Source: Octopus vulgaris (taxonomy: Eukaryota). From it: 64,000 nucleotides of DNA. The notes under the pieces are model-generated. The model made no database searches and was not told the DNA's origin. It saw only the letters and a program-made list of their open reading frames with translations. The stretch lies in assembly GCA_951406725.2 (NCBI GenBank), contig OX597814.1, forward strand, positions 123,442,001 to 123,506,000, written 5' to 3'. Shown one piece after another: positions 52,901 through 62,607 of the stretch. Within the stretch, counting starts at the first letter, position 1. The number at the start of each line of letters is the position of its first letter. The position numbers and the translations under genes were made by a program.

Positions 52901-55200
52901 TGTATTGATCAGATTGTTTCTTGTGTCTCCAATAAGCTACTGATGCTTGACTGTTCTTGGATTTGACAGGTTCACCATACACAAAAAGCATCAGCAACAT
53001 GATCAATATGAAAATACTGTTCAAGATTTGTGGCAGGAATGGCCAGTATGAGATCATTTCATTCTCTGAAAAGAAACACAAATGTCAACTTACTTCCAGA
53101 CTTATTTACATTATTTACATTATTTACAATTGACAGATATTTGTCCTCATCTTGTTTGTTGTTAACACAATGTTTCGGCTGATATACCCTCCAGCCTTCT
53201 TCAGGTGTCTTGGGGAAATTTCGAACCTGTGTTCTCATTGCTAAGGTATTTTTCGATGTTATTATTATTATTATTATTATTGTTCAGGTCACTGCCTGGA
53301 ATCGAACTTGGAATCTTGAGGCTAGTAGCCTGTGCTCTTAACCACTACACCATATGCCCGTGGGTGTAAGATGAGGACAAATATCTGTCGAATGTAAATA
53401 ATTCCTCATCTCTTAAATATAGAACTGTATTACTTCCAGACTGTTCTACATCAAACTACTGCCATTTATTATTACGCATCAACCAAGAAATACAACAAGT
53501 GCAGATAAAAAATATAAATTTATTAATTCTTCCCAATTGCTCTTACCCAATAAAATGTGTGTTAGCCATGTATCACCTCTGTAGTAAGATACCCGTGCTT
53601 GCCCTTCTATTCTACTTTAGCCACTCAACAATGGGTATAAAGCCACCTCCTCCTCTCAAGTACTTCGTCACCATCACCACTACCACCACTATTTAGTCAA
53701 TGGGAGCCCCTTTCCTGTTTTTTCCCATTTTGCAAGTTACTTATACTGTAAAGTGACTGACATTAAGGAGAACATCCAACTGCAGAAACCATGCCAAGGA
53801 CAACATCGAAGCTCAATGCAGCCCAGCAGCTCACCAGAACCTGTCAAACGGTCCAACCCATGTCAGCATGGAAAACATACATTAAATGATGGTGGTGATG
53901 ATGATGATGATTTACACTAAAGAAACAACTGGCCCCAAATTTGCTGAATATGTAGAGTCAATGAGAACAATCATAGTACTTGACTTGTACTTTATTTTAT
54001 CGACTTCAGTAGGATTTGCACTGAGAGCATCAAGGACTGTAATTAAATATCACAAGGTATTCTACACTATTCTATTGATTCTGAAATTGTACAGCCTTTA
54101 CATTTATCATAAAGCAGCAAAGTGAGGCACTGAACTACAATATCCAATATATACCAGACATTTTATTACATGTAAGGGTAACATCAGCAAAAACAAAATG
54201 ACAATTGTGCGAGACTAAAACATATTTTTATTAATTACTGATTAACCAAAATTGAGCACTATTATCCTTGGTTTTTTGTTTTTTTTTCCAATTAAGTACA
54301 CCTATCAAAATAAGTAATAAAATAATGTTTACAATTAATATATTTAAAAACCAATTTAGACCATCTTGAATATTTACAATAAAAACCCCAAGTTCATTTG
54401 GACAATGTCATACAGCAGTTTTCAAAGAAATAAAATACAACAGAACTATATTTTGAGATTCTCACCATCACCACCAACTGAATGGTTACATTACTAAGAT
54501 GCTATCTTATCATCCCAAGTACTATGTTAAGTAAACCCAGCAATATGTTAAGTACATATTACAAAATTGTGAAAAAGTTGTGTTTGAGTGTGAAACATAA
54601 AAATGTGTGTATGTATGTACCATATTTGATAGCATATAAAAAGGTACTATTTTCACCCAAAAAAAGTCTTTAAAAAAATCACTCCTGCTCCTATATGCAA
54701 AGTTGGGCCATCCATAAGCTTTAAGCACAAAGACTCTTTTTCATGAAACTGCATGCATCTAACACGCCCATGTGTCTTTTATGCCATTGAAGATAGTGTG
54801 CATGTGTGTGTGTGTGTGTGTGTGTGTGCATGCGTGAGTGTACATACACACATACACATTTTACACACATACACATTTTGATGTAACTTATAATCTAAAT
54901 ACAGAAATGACGTAGTTTCATTTTTGATCAGTCAAACACACTGAATATCATAATGTTTAAAGAAAGAAAAGAAAGAACGAAAGAAAGGAAGAAAGAAAGA
55001 AAAACAGTAATACTCACTTGTCGTGGTCACAAGTAGGGAACGAGAACTGTGTTCAGAAGGCATCCCATAATAATCCGAATACATTTTAGTGTTCAAGAAA
55101 AATCCAAACGGATTGAAAGCAAGGACGCCGAACATAAACATACAGAGTGCCAGACGAGATCGATCAAGCATACCAATGTTAAAAATGTGACCATCGCTCC
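25742..55200 (-). CDS. SREBF: SREBP (sterol regulatory element-binding protein), 3' part: 12 coding exons, 5'-incomplete in this window
   Basis: Exons joined at GT-AG sites with consistent phases give about 690 aa with no internal stop. Motifs include [69 protein letters not shown] and [24 protein letters not shown], all characteristic of SREBP1/2. Confidence 0.97.
27567..27675 (-). CDS. SREBF: SREBP exon K
   Basis: actttag| ... |gtattct. Translates [36 protein letters not shown]. Confidence 0.95.
28060..28447 (-). mobile_element. SINE family A, full length (SREBP intron)
   Basis: Head, microsatellite and tail as in the other copies. Confidence 0.88.
29066..29242 (-). CDS. SREBF: SREBP exon J
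   Basis: actacag| ... |gtaaaag. Translates [59 protein letters not shown]. Confidence 0.94.
31709..31752 (+). ncRNA. Degenerate minimal hammerhead motif at the end of a decayed Penelope-like fragment
   Basis: gugcca-CUGAAGA-gguacagauguguggc-GAAA-GAU-UUC-uggac. Stem II has one mismatch. Confidence 0.45.
33350..34092 (+). mobile_element. RTE LINE 3' fragment, degenerate
   Basis: Homologous to 61447-62260, with stops and frameshifts. Confidence 0.85.
37152..37210 (-). ncRNA. mir-33: pre-miR-33 hairpin, intronic in SREBP (between exons I and J)
   Basis: 5p arm UUGCAUUGUUAGUUGCAUUGCA (37210-37189) versus canonical miR-33 GUGCAUUGUAGUUGCAUUGCA. It pairs with the 3p arm UGCAGUGCAUACACAGUGUAAUC. 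Basal UG at -14/-13 and CNNC (CAUC) at +16. Same strand as the host gene. Confidence 0.93.
38662..38833 (-). CDS. SREBF: SREBP exon I
   Basis: tcaacag| ... |gtaagct. Translates [57 protein letters not shown]. Confidence 0.93.
39721..39930 (+). mobile_element. tRNA-derived SINE family C, internally deleted
   Basis: gaggcgcaatggcctagtggttaggg...ggtttcgattctc head. A homologous copy lies at 1519-1790 on the minus strand. Confidence 0.8.
40896..41294 (+). mobile_element. SINE family A, full length (SREBP intron)
   Basis: ggcgtaggagtgactgtgtggtaag (A box), gggttcggtccc (B box), (TG)n tract, gaaacaagtaaaagag tail. Confidence 0.9.
41476..41626 (-). CDS. SREBF: SREBP exon H
   Basis: ttgtcag| ... 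|gtaggaa. Translates [49 protein letters not shown]. Confidence 0.92.
42736..42851 (-). CDS. SREBF: SREBP exon G
   Basis: ttttcag| ... |gtagggg. Translates [38 protein letters not shown]. Phases (2 in, 1 out) fit exons F and H. Confidence 0.85.
43203..43501 (+). mobile_element. hAT-like MITE
   Basis: TIRs cagtggttctcaa / ttgagaaacactg. A second diverged, inverted copy lies at about 47133-47416. Confidence 0.7.
44030..44123 (-). CDS. SREBF: SREBP exon F
   Basis: ttttcag| ... |gtactgc. Translates [30 protein letters not shown]. Confidence 0.92.
46089..46251 (-). CDS. SREBF: SREBP exon E
   Basis: ttttcag| ... |gtaagat. Translates [54 protein letters not shown]. Confidence 0.93.
47876..48042 (-). 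CDS. SREBF: SREBP exon D
   Basis: tacctag| ... |gtgagtt. Translates [55 protein letters not shown]. Not in the supplied ORF track. Confidence 0.93.
49597..50461. mobile_element. Mariner-derived fold-back element (two inverted 5' ends)
   Basis: TIR ggtctgatcaataagtatccgga at both ends and about 280-bp inverted arms. The minus arm encodes a decayed mariner HTH (KVYGEECMS...HSGRPATS...[15 protein letters not shown]). A related copy lies at 59866-60415. Confidence 0.85.
51381..51642 (-). CDS. SREBF: SREBP exon C
   Basis: ttaccag| ... |gtcagta. Translates [57 protein letters not shown]...[11 protein letters not shown]. Confidence 0.95.
51740..51982. repeat. Head-to-head palindrome of two RTE 3' ends
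   Basis: Arms 51740-51861 and 51873-51982 are near-perfect reverse complements around an 11-nt spacer. Confidence 0.92.
52340..52680 (+). mobile_element. CR1-like LINE 3' end
   Basis: [18 protein letters not shown]-like C-terminus, and a ctgagcactgta...(ATT)n tail shared with 30350-30490. Confidence 0.6.
52893..53065 (-). CDS. SREBF: SREBP exon B (TM2 and start of regulatory domain)
   Basis: ttttcag| ... |gtgagta. Translates [57 protein letters not shown]. Confidence 0.95.
53103..53429 (-). mobile_element. tRNA-headed SINE-like element with minimal hammerhead motif, inverted end and 13-bp TSD
   Basis: TSD ttacttccagact at 53090-53102 and 53430-53442. Pol III A box TGGTGTAGTGG (53352-53342) and B box GTTCGATTCC (53307-53298). 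(AAT)n linker, hammerhead core at 53164-53209, (AATGTAAAT)n tail. 34-bp inverted repeat at 53120-53153 and 53368-53401. Confidence 0.8.
53164..53209 (-). ncRNA. Minimal type I hammerhead ribozyme motif (Penelope-type), stem III mutated
   Basis: gacac-CUGAAGA-a-ggcug(gaggguauau)cagcc-GAAAC-AUU-guguu. Stem I and stem II pair; stem III reads ACAU where palindromic ACGU would be expected (CpG decay). Confidence 0.7.
55018..55200 (-). CDS. SREBF: SREBP exon A (TM1, DRSR and NP motifs, luminal loop with RSLL site-1-protease site)
   Basis: Acceptor ttatcag| and donor |gtgagta. Translates [64 protein letters not shown] at 55154-55165, RSLL at 55031-55042. Confidence 0.95.
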
Positions 55201-57720
55201 CTGATAAAGTGAAAGAAAAAGGGAATTAGTTGAGAGATCCCTAGAGTTAGTGACACACATTTTAAAAAATCGTGAACTTTATTTCTGAAAGAAATAATTT
55301 AAAATGTATTTCGAGCTATAGCAGTAAATATTAAAACGCAATATATCTACCGACAACTCGTCGCAATGTTAACTGCTGCACTGCACTCACCATCCTGCAT
55401 CCTACAGCTTTCCCATTATCTAACACCACCTGCTATTGCTGCCTTCCTCACTGATGTACAACAGAAGGTCCTTCTCTCCCCTGTCCTCTGTCTATGTGTG
55501 TGTGTGTGTGTGAAAGAGAGAGAGAGTTTGTGTGCATGTGTGCACATGTATGCACACCACTGAAAAGATGTATGATTTTATGTGAAAGTTGTAAATGCAC
55601 ATCATATTTGGTTACTGTCATTGTTGTTGTTATTTAACTTCTAGATTAACTTTGGCTGAGTAGACCAAAAGTATTCCACCTTGTCTGTTTCCAGACATAA
55701 TGTCCCTAGGTCTACATTACTCAATGTGTCATTTCATTCTTTAAGCTTGCAGTGAGATGTCAAGATCTGGCTGCTATTTCTTGCAAATAAAGTTAGCACA
55801 TAGAAGTTCCTTAGTTGACTTGAATCATATTTTGTGATTGTGACTGTGTGATGTCTAAGTTGTATATTAGATTACAATGGCAGAGATGATATTGTGGAAA
55901 ATAGTGTGTGTGCATGTATGCGCATGCACCAGTGTGTGTCTATGTGCGTGTGTGTGTATGTGTGTGAGAGAGAAAGAGAAGAAGAGAGAATTCCATTGTA
56001 TGTCTAGTGTTTTATTTTGTCTGGTTTAGGTATTGTGCAAATCTTAATTTTTTTTATGTTGGTGTTAATGTTATAAATGATGATGTTAGTAGTGATGTTG
56101 AGACTAATACCAGTGATGTCCAGGTAGTCATGGAAGTTAAGTACGGTAGTCTAGTTACTCGATAAGATCCCCATCATGTCAAGTTTAATCTATGGCAGAT
56201 ATTTTGTTGTTTCTAGACAGAACACTTTATTTACATTACTTCGCTTACCTACTTTTTAAGAATAGGTAACAAATTATCCAAGAAATTACCAGAGATAGAC
56301 TTTATCCCATCTACAGACAGATATGTCTTTCATCCACAATACATTATAAATTCATAACAAATTACTGACACCCCTCCTCCCCCACACACACACCTGCCTA
56401 AAATTCTATTAAGATTTACAGGATATTTACTATTTTCACATGTATTTCAATGAAGATGCTGCTACATGGTCAGTGTTGTTTGTATTAAGGTATATTTGAT
56501 TCTATGATATAATGGTGCCAAAATGATGCAACCCTCTTTATTTTGCCTTCTATGTTGCTTTAACATCATGATTTTCATGTTTTATTGTAACTCGAAAATT
56601 CCGAATCTGTCTTACACCAATTTACAAACCTTGTTACAAGTATTCTTGTGTCGCTAGACAGACACAAGTATTCAACCTATCTCAATCTAGTCTATCATAG
56701 TTCTAATTAACTACCCACAACATGTCCTTCACAGCTGAAGTAGCTAGCAAGACATCTGGTTACAAAACCATATAATCTAGCTATTTCTTTTTAAATATTT
56801 ATTGGCGAAAAAAAAAAAAAACACATTCTTCTTAGTTATAATAAAATAGATGTGAAACAGCTGGTCTTTTTTTTTTTGTCATGAAGATAATTATGAAGCC
56901 TGTCCATGTCTGGATAAATATGAACATTTGAGAAATAGACCTGAAAAGATGTAAGTTAACTGATATGCGACTCGAACAAGTGACCTTCCAAAACATACAA
57001 CTAGACATTTTATTTCACATTTCAAGATGTTAAAATCAAGTAGATGCAATTGTTTTAACTCTTTTCCATCCATATTTTCTTTTATAAAATACACAAGTCT
57101 ACTGAATTTTAATTAATTTCTAAAATAATCAAGAATTTAGAATTTAGTAAATTAAGTTTTTTTTTTTTTTAAGGTGGTGTTTAGTACAAAGATAAATAAA
57201 ATTATGACAAACTGTTTCAACTGAACTTAAGTGAGTTGGTTATCAAAAGAGTTAGCATATATAGAAAACATTAACTGTTTCTATACATTATTGTCAATAT
57301 ATTATTTAAAAGCTTCAATTTATGTAAATAAATTCTTCTTCAGACAATTTCACTAATGATTAAGATATTGTTTAAGCAGGTACATATTTCTGATATGCGT
57401 AAAACTAAATACACAATATAGAGGAACAGCAATGTTACCAGAAACCACTTAACAATTGCAAAGTTGAATACAAATATTTATTTATTCACTGATATTTCAA
57501 TATTTGCAAATCCTAATCTAGAACTTGGTAATTCGAAATAGGAAGCAAACAATACCAAATTGTTAATATGTATAGTGATGTACAGTATGGTGACTGTGTG
57601 AACTGCAATCTTCAAATGCTGCAGCAAACTGCTGATCAGCTGACAGCAGTTATTGTGCTCATAGATACCCAATAAATATTACTTTCTTAATATACAAATA
57701 TACTAAATTTTTGACATTCA

Positions 57721-58030
57721 TAACTGGTACTCTGTCGGTTACGACGATGAGTGTTCTAGTTGATCTGATCGACGGAACAGCTTGCTCGTGAAATTAATGC
57801 GCAAATGACTGAGCACTCCACAAACATGTGTACCCGTAATGTAGTTTTCAGGGAGATTCAGTGTGAGACAGGATGTGACAAGTACAACTCATTTTTGCCA
57901 GCTGAGTCGACTTGAGCAATGTGAATAAAGTGTCTTGCTCAAGACCACAACCTGCCACCAGGAATTGAATTCATGATCTTACAACCATGAGCCAAATATC
58001 CCTAACCACTAAGCCAAATGCCTTCACCTC
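57721..58030 (-). mobile_element. tRNA-derived SINE family D
   Basis: Minus-strand head tggcttagtggttaggg...ttcaattcc followed by cttgagcaagacacttt. Homologous pieces at about 15030-15120 and 15565-15985. Confidence 0.75.
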
Positions 58031-58036
58031 ATGTCC

Positions 58037-58095
<59 letters not shown>

Positions 58096-58599
58096 CTTTG
58101 CTTCTCAGTGTGAAACATTGGAGAATATATTTTCACCCACATATGCACTATTAAGTTCCTATACAAGTGTCATTGGACAATGGCTAAGCTAGGGTACTAT
58201 ATTCAAGTGTTTAACCAACCATACTAACCCCAATACTTATTTCAGTCAGGTACTTATTTCCTCACCCTGTCTGTCAAACCCAACAATTAAAGGACATAAC
58301 ATGGACACAACATCATCATCATCATTTAGCACCCGTTGTCCATGCTGGCATGGGTTGGACAGTTTGACTGGGCTAGCATGCTGGAAGGCTGTGCCAGGAT
58401 CCAGAGTGGTTTTCTACAGCTGATCTTCTATGGCTGGATGCCCTTCCGAATGCTAACCACTCCAAGAATGTAATGGGTGCTCTTATGTGCCATCTGTATG
58501 GATGCCATTTGTGTGACACCAGTATCTGCCATAACTGTAATTTTGCTCAGCTTGATGGATCTTCTTCTCAAGTACGACATAATGCCAAAGGTCTTGGTC

Positions 58600-58812
58600 A
58601 TTGTCTCCATGAGGCCCAACACTCAAAAGGAGGTTGGCCACTTTGCCTCCATGAGGCCCAACGCTCGAAAGGAACTCAGCCATCTCACCTCTGTGAAGCT
58701 GATTTGAAAGGAACTCAACCACCTCGCCTCCGTGGGGCCCAAACACTTGAGAGGAATTCAGCCACTTTGCCTCCATGCAGCCCATGAGCTCGGTAACTTT
58801 GCCTTCATGAGG
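58600..58812. repeat. About 40-bp tandem repeat (about 5 copies) inside an RTE fragment
   Basis: Unit approximately gcctccatgaggcccaacactcgaaaggaactcagccactt. Confidence 0.8.
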
Positions 58813-60436
58813 CATAATAATTTTATTCAGACCAGCATAAACTACATGCATGCATGCATGTATGTACATACATACGTATAATTTTGAGAAATGAAACATT
58901 CTAATAATATACAAAACATTTTCAAAACTATTTGTCAACCTGACATCTTGCACAGGCTAACATGTAAAGTTATGTATCCAGTCATGCAAGGTTAGCTCTC
59001 AGTCTTACAAACTGTCATGCTGAAGAATTATTACAGAAACAAATTCTATGTTTGCCGATATCTTTGAAACAAACACCACTGAAAGAGATTTATATGACCT
59101 TAACCATCCATAAGCAACTAAAGCATCATTGAAGAAGAAAATGAAAGGGGAGTGGAGAGTATCACTAATATATTGTCAATAGGGCTAGTTAAGTGCACAT
59201 GTTCAGTTGACATCCAAACATAGCATCTAGGTGTTATACACCATTAAAACGATACTATAATCATCTGAATTAAGATAACAGAGATATGGTAAGTGTGAAT
59301 GCATGCACGCACATGTGCAGTACAGTCTAGTGGTTAGTGTTGTGCTTTAATTGTTAGTCATAGCTTCTTTGGCATTGTATCATGCTTAAGAAGACCCATG
59401 AAGCCAAGCAAAATTGCAGTTGAGGTAGATATTGGTGTCGTGCAAATGGCACACATGCCAGTGGCATGTAAAAGCAACCATTACACTCTCGGAGTGGTTG
59501 GCATTAGGAAGGGCTTCCAGCAGCAGAAAACCATGCCAAATCTGAAAGAAAGTCTCTTTGCCAGTTTGTGAATACATATCATCATCATCATCATCATCGT
59601 TTAGCGTCCGTTTTCCATGCTAGCATGGGTTGGACGGTTCTACTGGGGTCTGTGAAGCCAGAAGGCTTCATCAGGCCCAGTCAAATCTGGCAGTGTTTCT
59701 ACGGCTGGATGCCCTTCCTAACATAAGCATCTAAATAAATTAGCAGAGGCAATGCACATGCTACTAAGTCAAACTCAAGTGACTTCTACCACTCTTTTAC
59801 TTTGGTTGGGTGGGTAAGCATGCAAGCACGCACACACACACGCACACACACACACAAACACACATGGTCTGATCAAAAAGTATTGGGGCTGTTACTACAG
59901 CAATGGAGTTATAGTACACTGGGCGAAGTCACTTAACACAGACCTTGAACTCTTTCGCACATGCACACTGAGCTATAACATTCCCACCCACTTTCATTGT
60001 TTATAGCTGTGCTTGGAAACAAAGTAAGTAGAGTGAGCTCATCTCAAAAAGAAGATCCGATTTCAGCTGCATAGGATCTCCTTGACAGTGTTGCAAAAAA
60101 AAAAAATTTGTTTTGTAATGGTTTTAACAGGTAATGAATTGTGGGTCTGTAGCTATGACCCCAAAACCAAGGCTTGAAAGGAATCCCATTTGAAAGGAAC
60201 AAGATTTCAAGTCCAGAAAATCCAAGAGAATGCAACAAGTCAGCTGATCACTGTCTCAAAAACAGAGTTCCAGGAATGCTTCCAATAATGGAAACTACAA
60301 TGGATAAAGCATCTGGTTTCAGAAGAGGATTATTTCAAAGAAGATTAAATGCCGAATTGGTATGTGCTGTAGTTTGCTTTTTATAGCTCTAGTTTCAGTA
60401 ATCTTTCATCAGACTTCATGTGTGTGTATATATATA

Positions 60437-60955
60437 TCATCATCGTCATTTAACATCCACTTTCTATGCTGGCATGGGTTGGATGGTTTGACTGAGGACT
60501 GGCAAGCCAGAAGACTGCACAAGGTTCCAATCTGATTTAGCAAGGTTTCTACAGCTAGATGCCCTTCCTAACACCAACTACTCTGAGAGTGTAGAGAGTA
60601 CTCTTTATATGTTACCAGCACAACGGCCAATCAGGCAGTACTGGCATCGACCATGCTTGAATGGTGCTTTTTACGTGCATTGGCATCAGCCACAACAATG
60701 AATTCACTTGACTCAACAGGTCAAACACAGTTTATGGCCCAATGCTTGAAGGGTACTCTTAAATGGGCCAGTTATGCTGCACTGGCATAGGCCATGGTTA
60801 CAGTCTCACTTGGCTTGCAGAGTCTTCTCAAGCACAGCATATCTCCAAAGGTCTTGGTCACTCGTCATCGTCTCTGTGAGTCCCAATGTTTGAAGGTCAT
60901 GCTTCACCACCTCATCCCAGGTCTTCTTGGATCTACCTCTTTCACAGATTCCCTC
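60437..60955 (-). mobile_element. RTE LINE 3' fragment
   Basis: EGICERGRSKKTWDEVVKHDLQTLGL plus 3' UTR and tail. Confidence 0.85.
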
Positions 60956-60990
60956 TATTGCTATATATATATATATATATATCTGAAAAA

Positions 60991-61278
60991 ATGATAAACA
61001 CAAGATGAAATTTATAGTATTTGTTACCTGTACACATTTTACTATTGTGGTTATTTGTGTCATCTGCAGTGGGTGTTCATAATGCAATTGGATGCAGATC
61101 CACAACAGTTCTTCAGAGGAACTGTGTCAATATAATGCAATACAGTGTTCCCTTGAAGAACTATCGTAGATCAGCATCCAAATGGACCACAAACACCCAC
61201 TGCAGAAAATGCAAATAGCCACAATGATGAAACATGTACAGGGAACAGATGGTATAAACTGCAGCTTGTGTTCATCAT
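60991..61278. repeat. Long imperfect palindrome with about 135-bp arms
   Basis: Paired blocks such as ctgcagtgggtgtt/aacacccactgcag and agttcttca/tgaagaact, with a short loop near 61128-61140. Confidence 0.88.
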
Positions 61279-61446
61279 AATTTTCCCAATATTTGCTGTA
61301 TATGATAACTGGTAATACTGCTAAGTACAGTAGTAACCACAGCACTTTACTGGAAGTAAACTAGATGAGATACTTGACACGGAGCTCTAAATTCACAAGC
61401 TCAGAAGCCATACATCTAACTGTAACACAGGAAATGCCGTATATAT

Positions 61447-62607
61447 ATCATCATCATCATCATCATCATCGTTTAACGTCCTCTTTCCGCGCTAACACGG
61501 GTTGGACGGTTCGACCGGGTCTGGGAAGCCAGGGGCCGCTCCAGGCTCCAGTCTGAATCTGGCAGAGTTTCTACGGCTGGATGCCCTTCCTAACGCCAAC
61601 CACTCCGTGAGTGGATTGGGTGCTTTTTACGTGCCACCTGCACAGGGGCCGGAGGGTCCGGCATCGGTCACGATCGGTTCGAGCTTTTAACGTGTCAGCG
61701 GCACGGGGGCAACGAGGTCCGGGGTACTTTGGGGATCGGGGTACTTTGGGGATCCAGGGTACTTTGGGGATCCGGGGTACTTAGAATGGGTAGGGGGTAT
61801 GTGGAATTGCTGCAGAAAGCAGCCCGGGTCTTTGTAGTCACAGCATATCTCCAGAGATCTCGGTCCTTCGCCATTGCCTCAGTGAGGCCCAATGCTCTGA
61901 GGTCATGCTTGACTACCTCATCCCATGTCTTCCTGGGTCTACCTCTCCCCCTGATACCTTCAACTGTTTGGGAGTGGCACTTCTTCACACATCTCTCTTC
62001 ATCCATCCGCAGCACATGACCATACCATCGCAAGCGTCGCTCTTGCACACCACATCTGATGCTTCTTATATCCAGCATTTCTCTCAGGATGCTTACACTC
62101 TGTCTTGCGTGCACACTGACACTACACATCCAGCGGATCATGCTAGCTTCATTTCTTTCAAGTCTACGCATGTCTTCTGCAGTCACAGCCCATGTTTCAT
62201 TACCGTGAAGCATGGCAGTTCGCACACATGCATCATACAATCTACCTTTTGCTCTGAGGGAGAGACCTTTTGTTGCCAGTAGGGGTAGAAGCTTTCTGAA
62301 CTTTGCCCAGGCTATTCGTATTCTAGTGGTGATACTCTCTGTGCATCCACCTCCGCTACTAACTTGGTCACCCAGGTAGCGGAAACTATCAACTACTTCT
62401 AGTTTCTCTCCCTGGAGTGTGATGGAATCTGTTTTCTGAGTGTCTGTTGTGTCTATTGTCCCTGTGCATCTGCCGCACATGAAAGCTATCTTATCTGTTA
62501 ATTTCCCTTTAATGTTGCTGCACCTCTTATGTGTCCATAACTTACATTGGGTGCATCTTATGGAGTTTCTACCTGTACCTTTCCTACAGGTTGAGCAGGG
62601 CCACCTA
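61447..62607 (-). mobile_element. RTE-clade LINE, 5'-truncated, with open RT C-terminal frame and (GAT)n tail
   Basis: Frame open from about 62605 to 61695: C4HC3 finger, LEVVDSFRYLG, RIRIAWAKF, LYDACVRTAMLHGNETW, RRLRWYGHVLRM, RGRGRPRKTW. 3' UTR ends in (GAT)n. Confidence 0.92.

Noticed and set aside
58600-58812. Regularly spaced 40-bp repeats, superficially CRISPR-like
   Set aside because: Units are contiguous with no unique spacers, lie inside a LINE fragment, and the context is eukaryotic.
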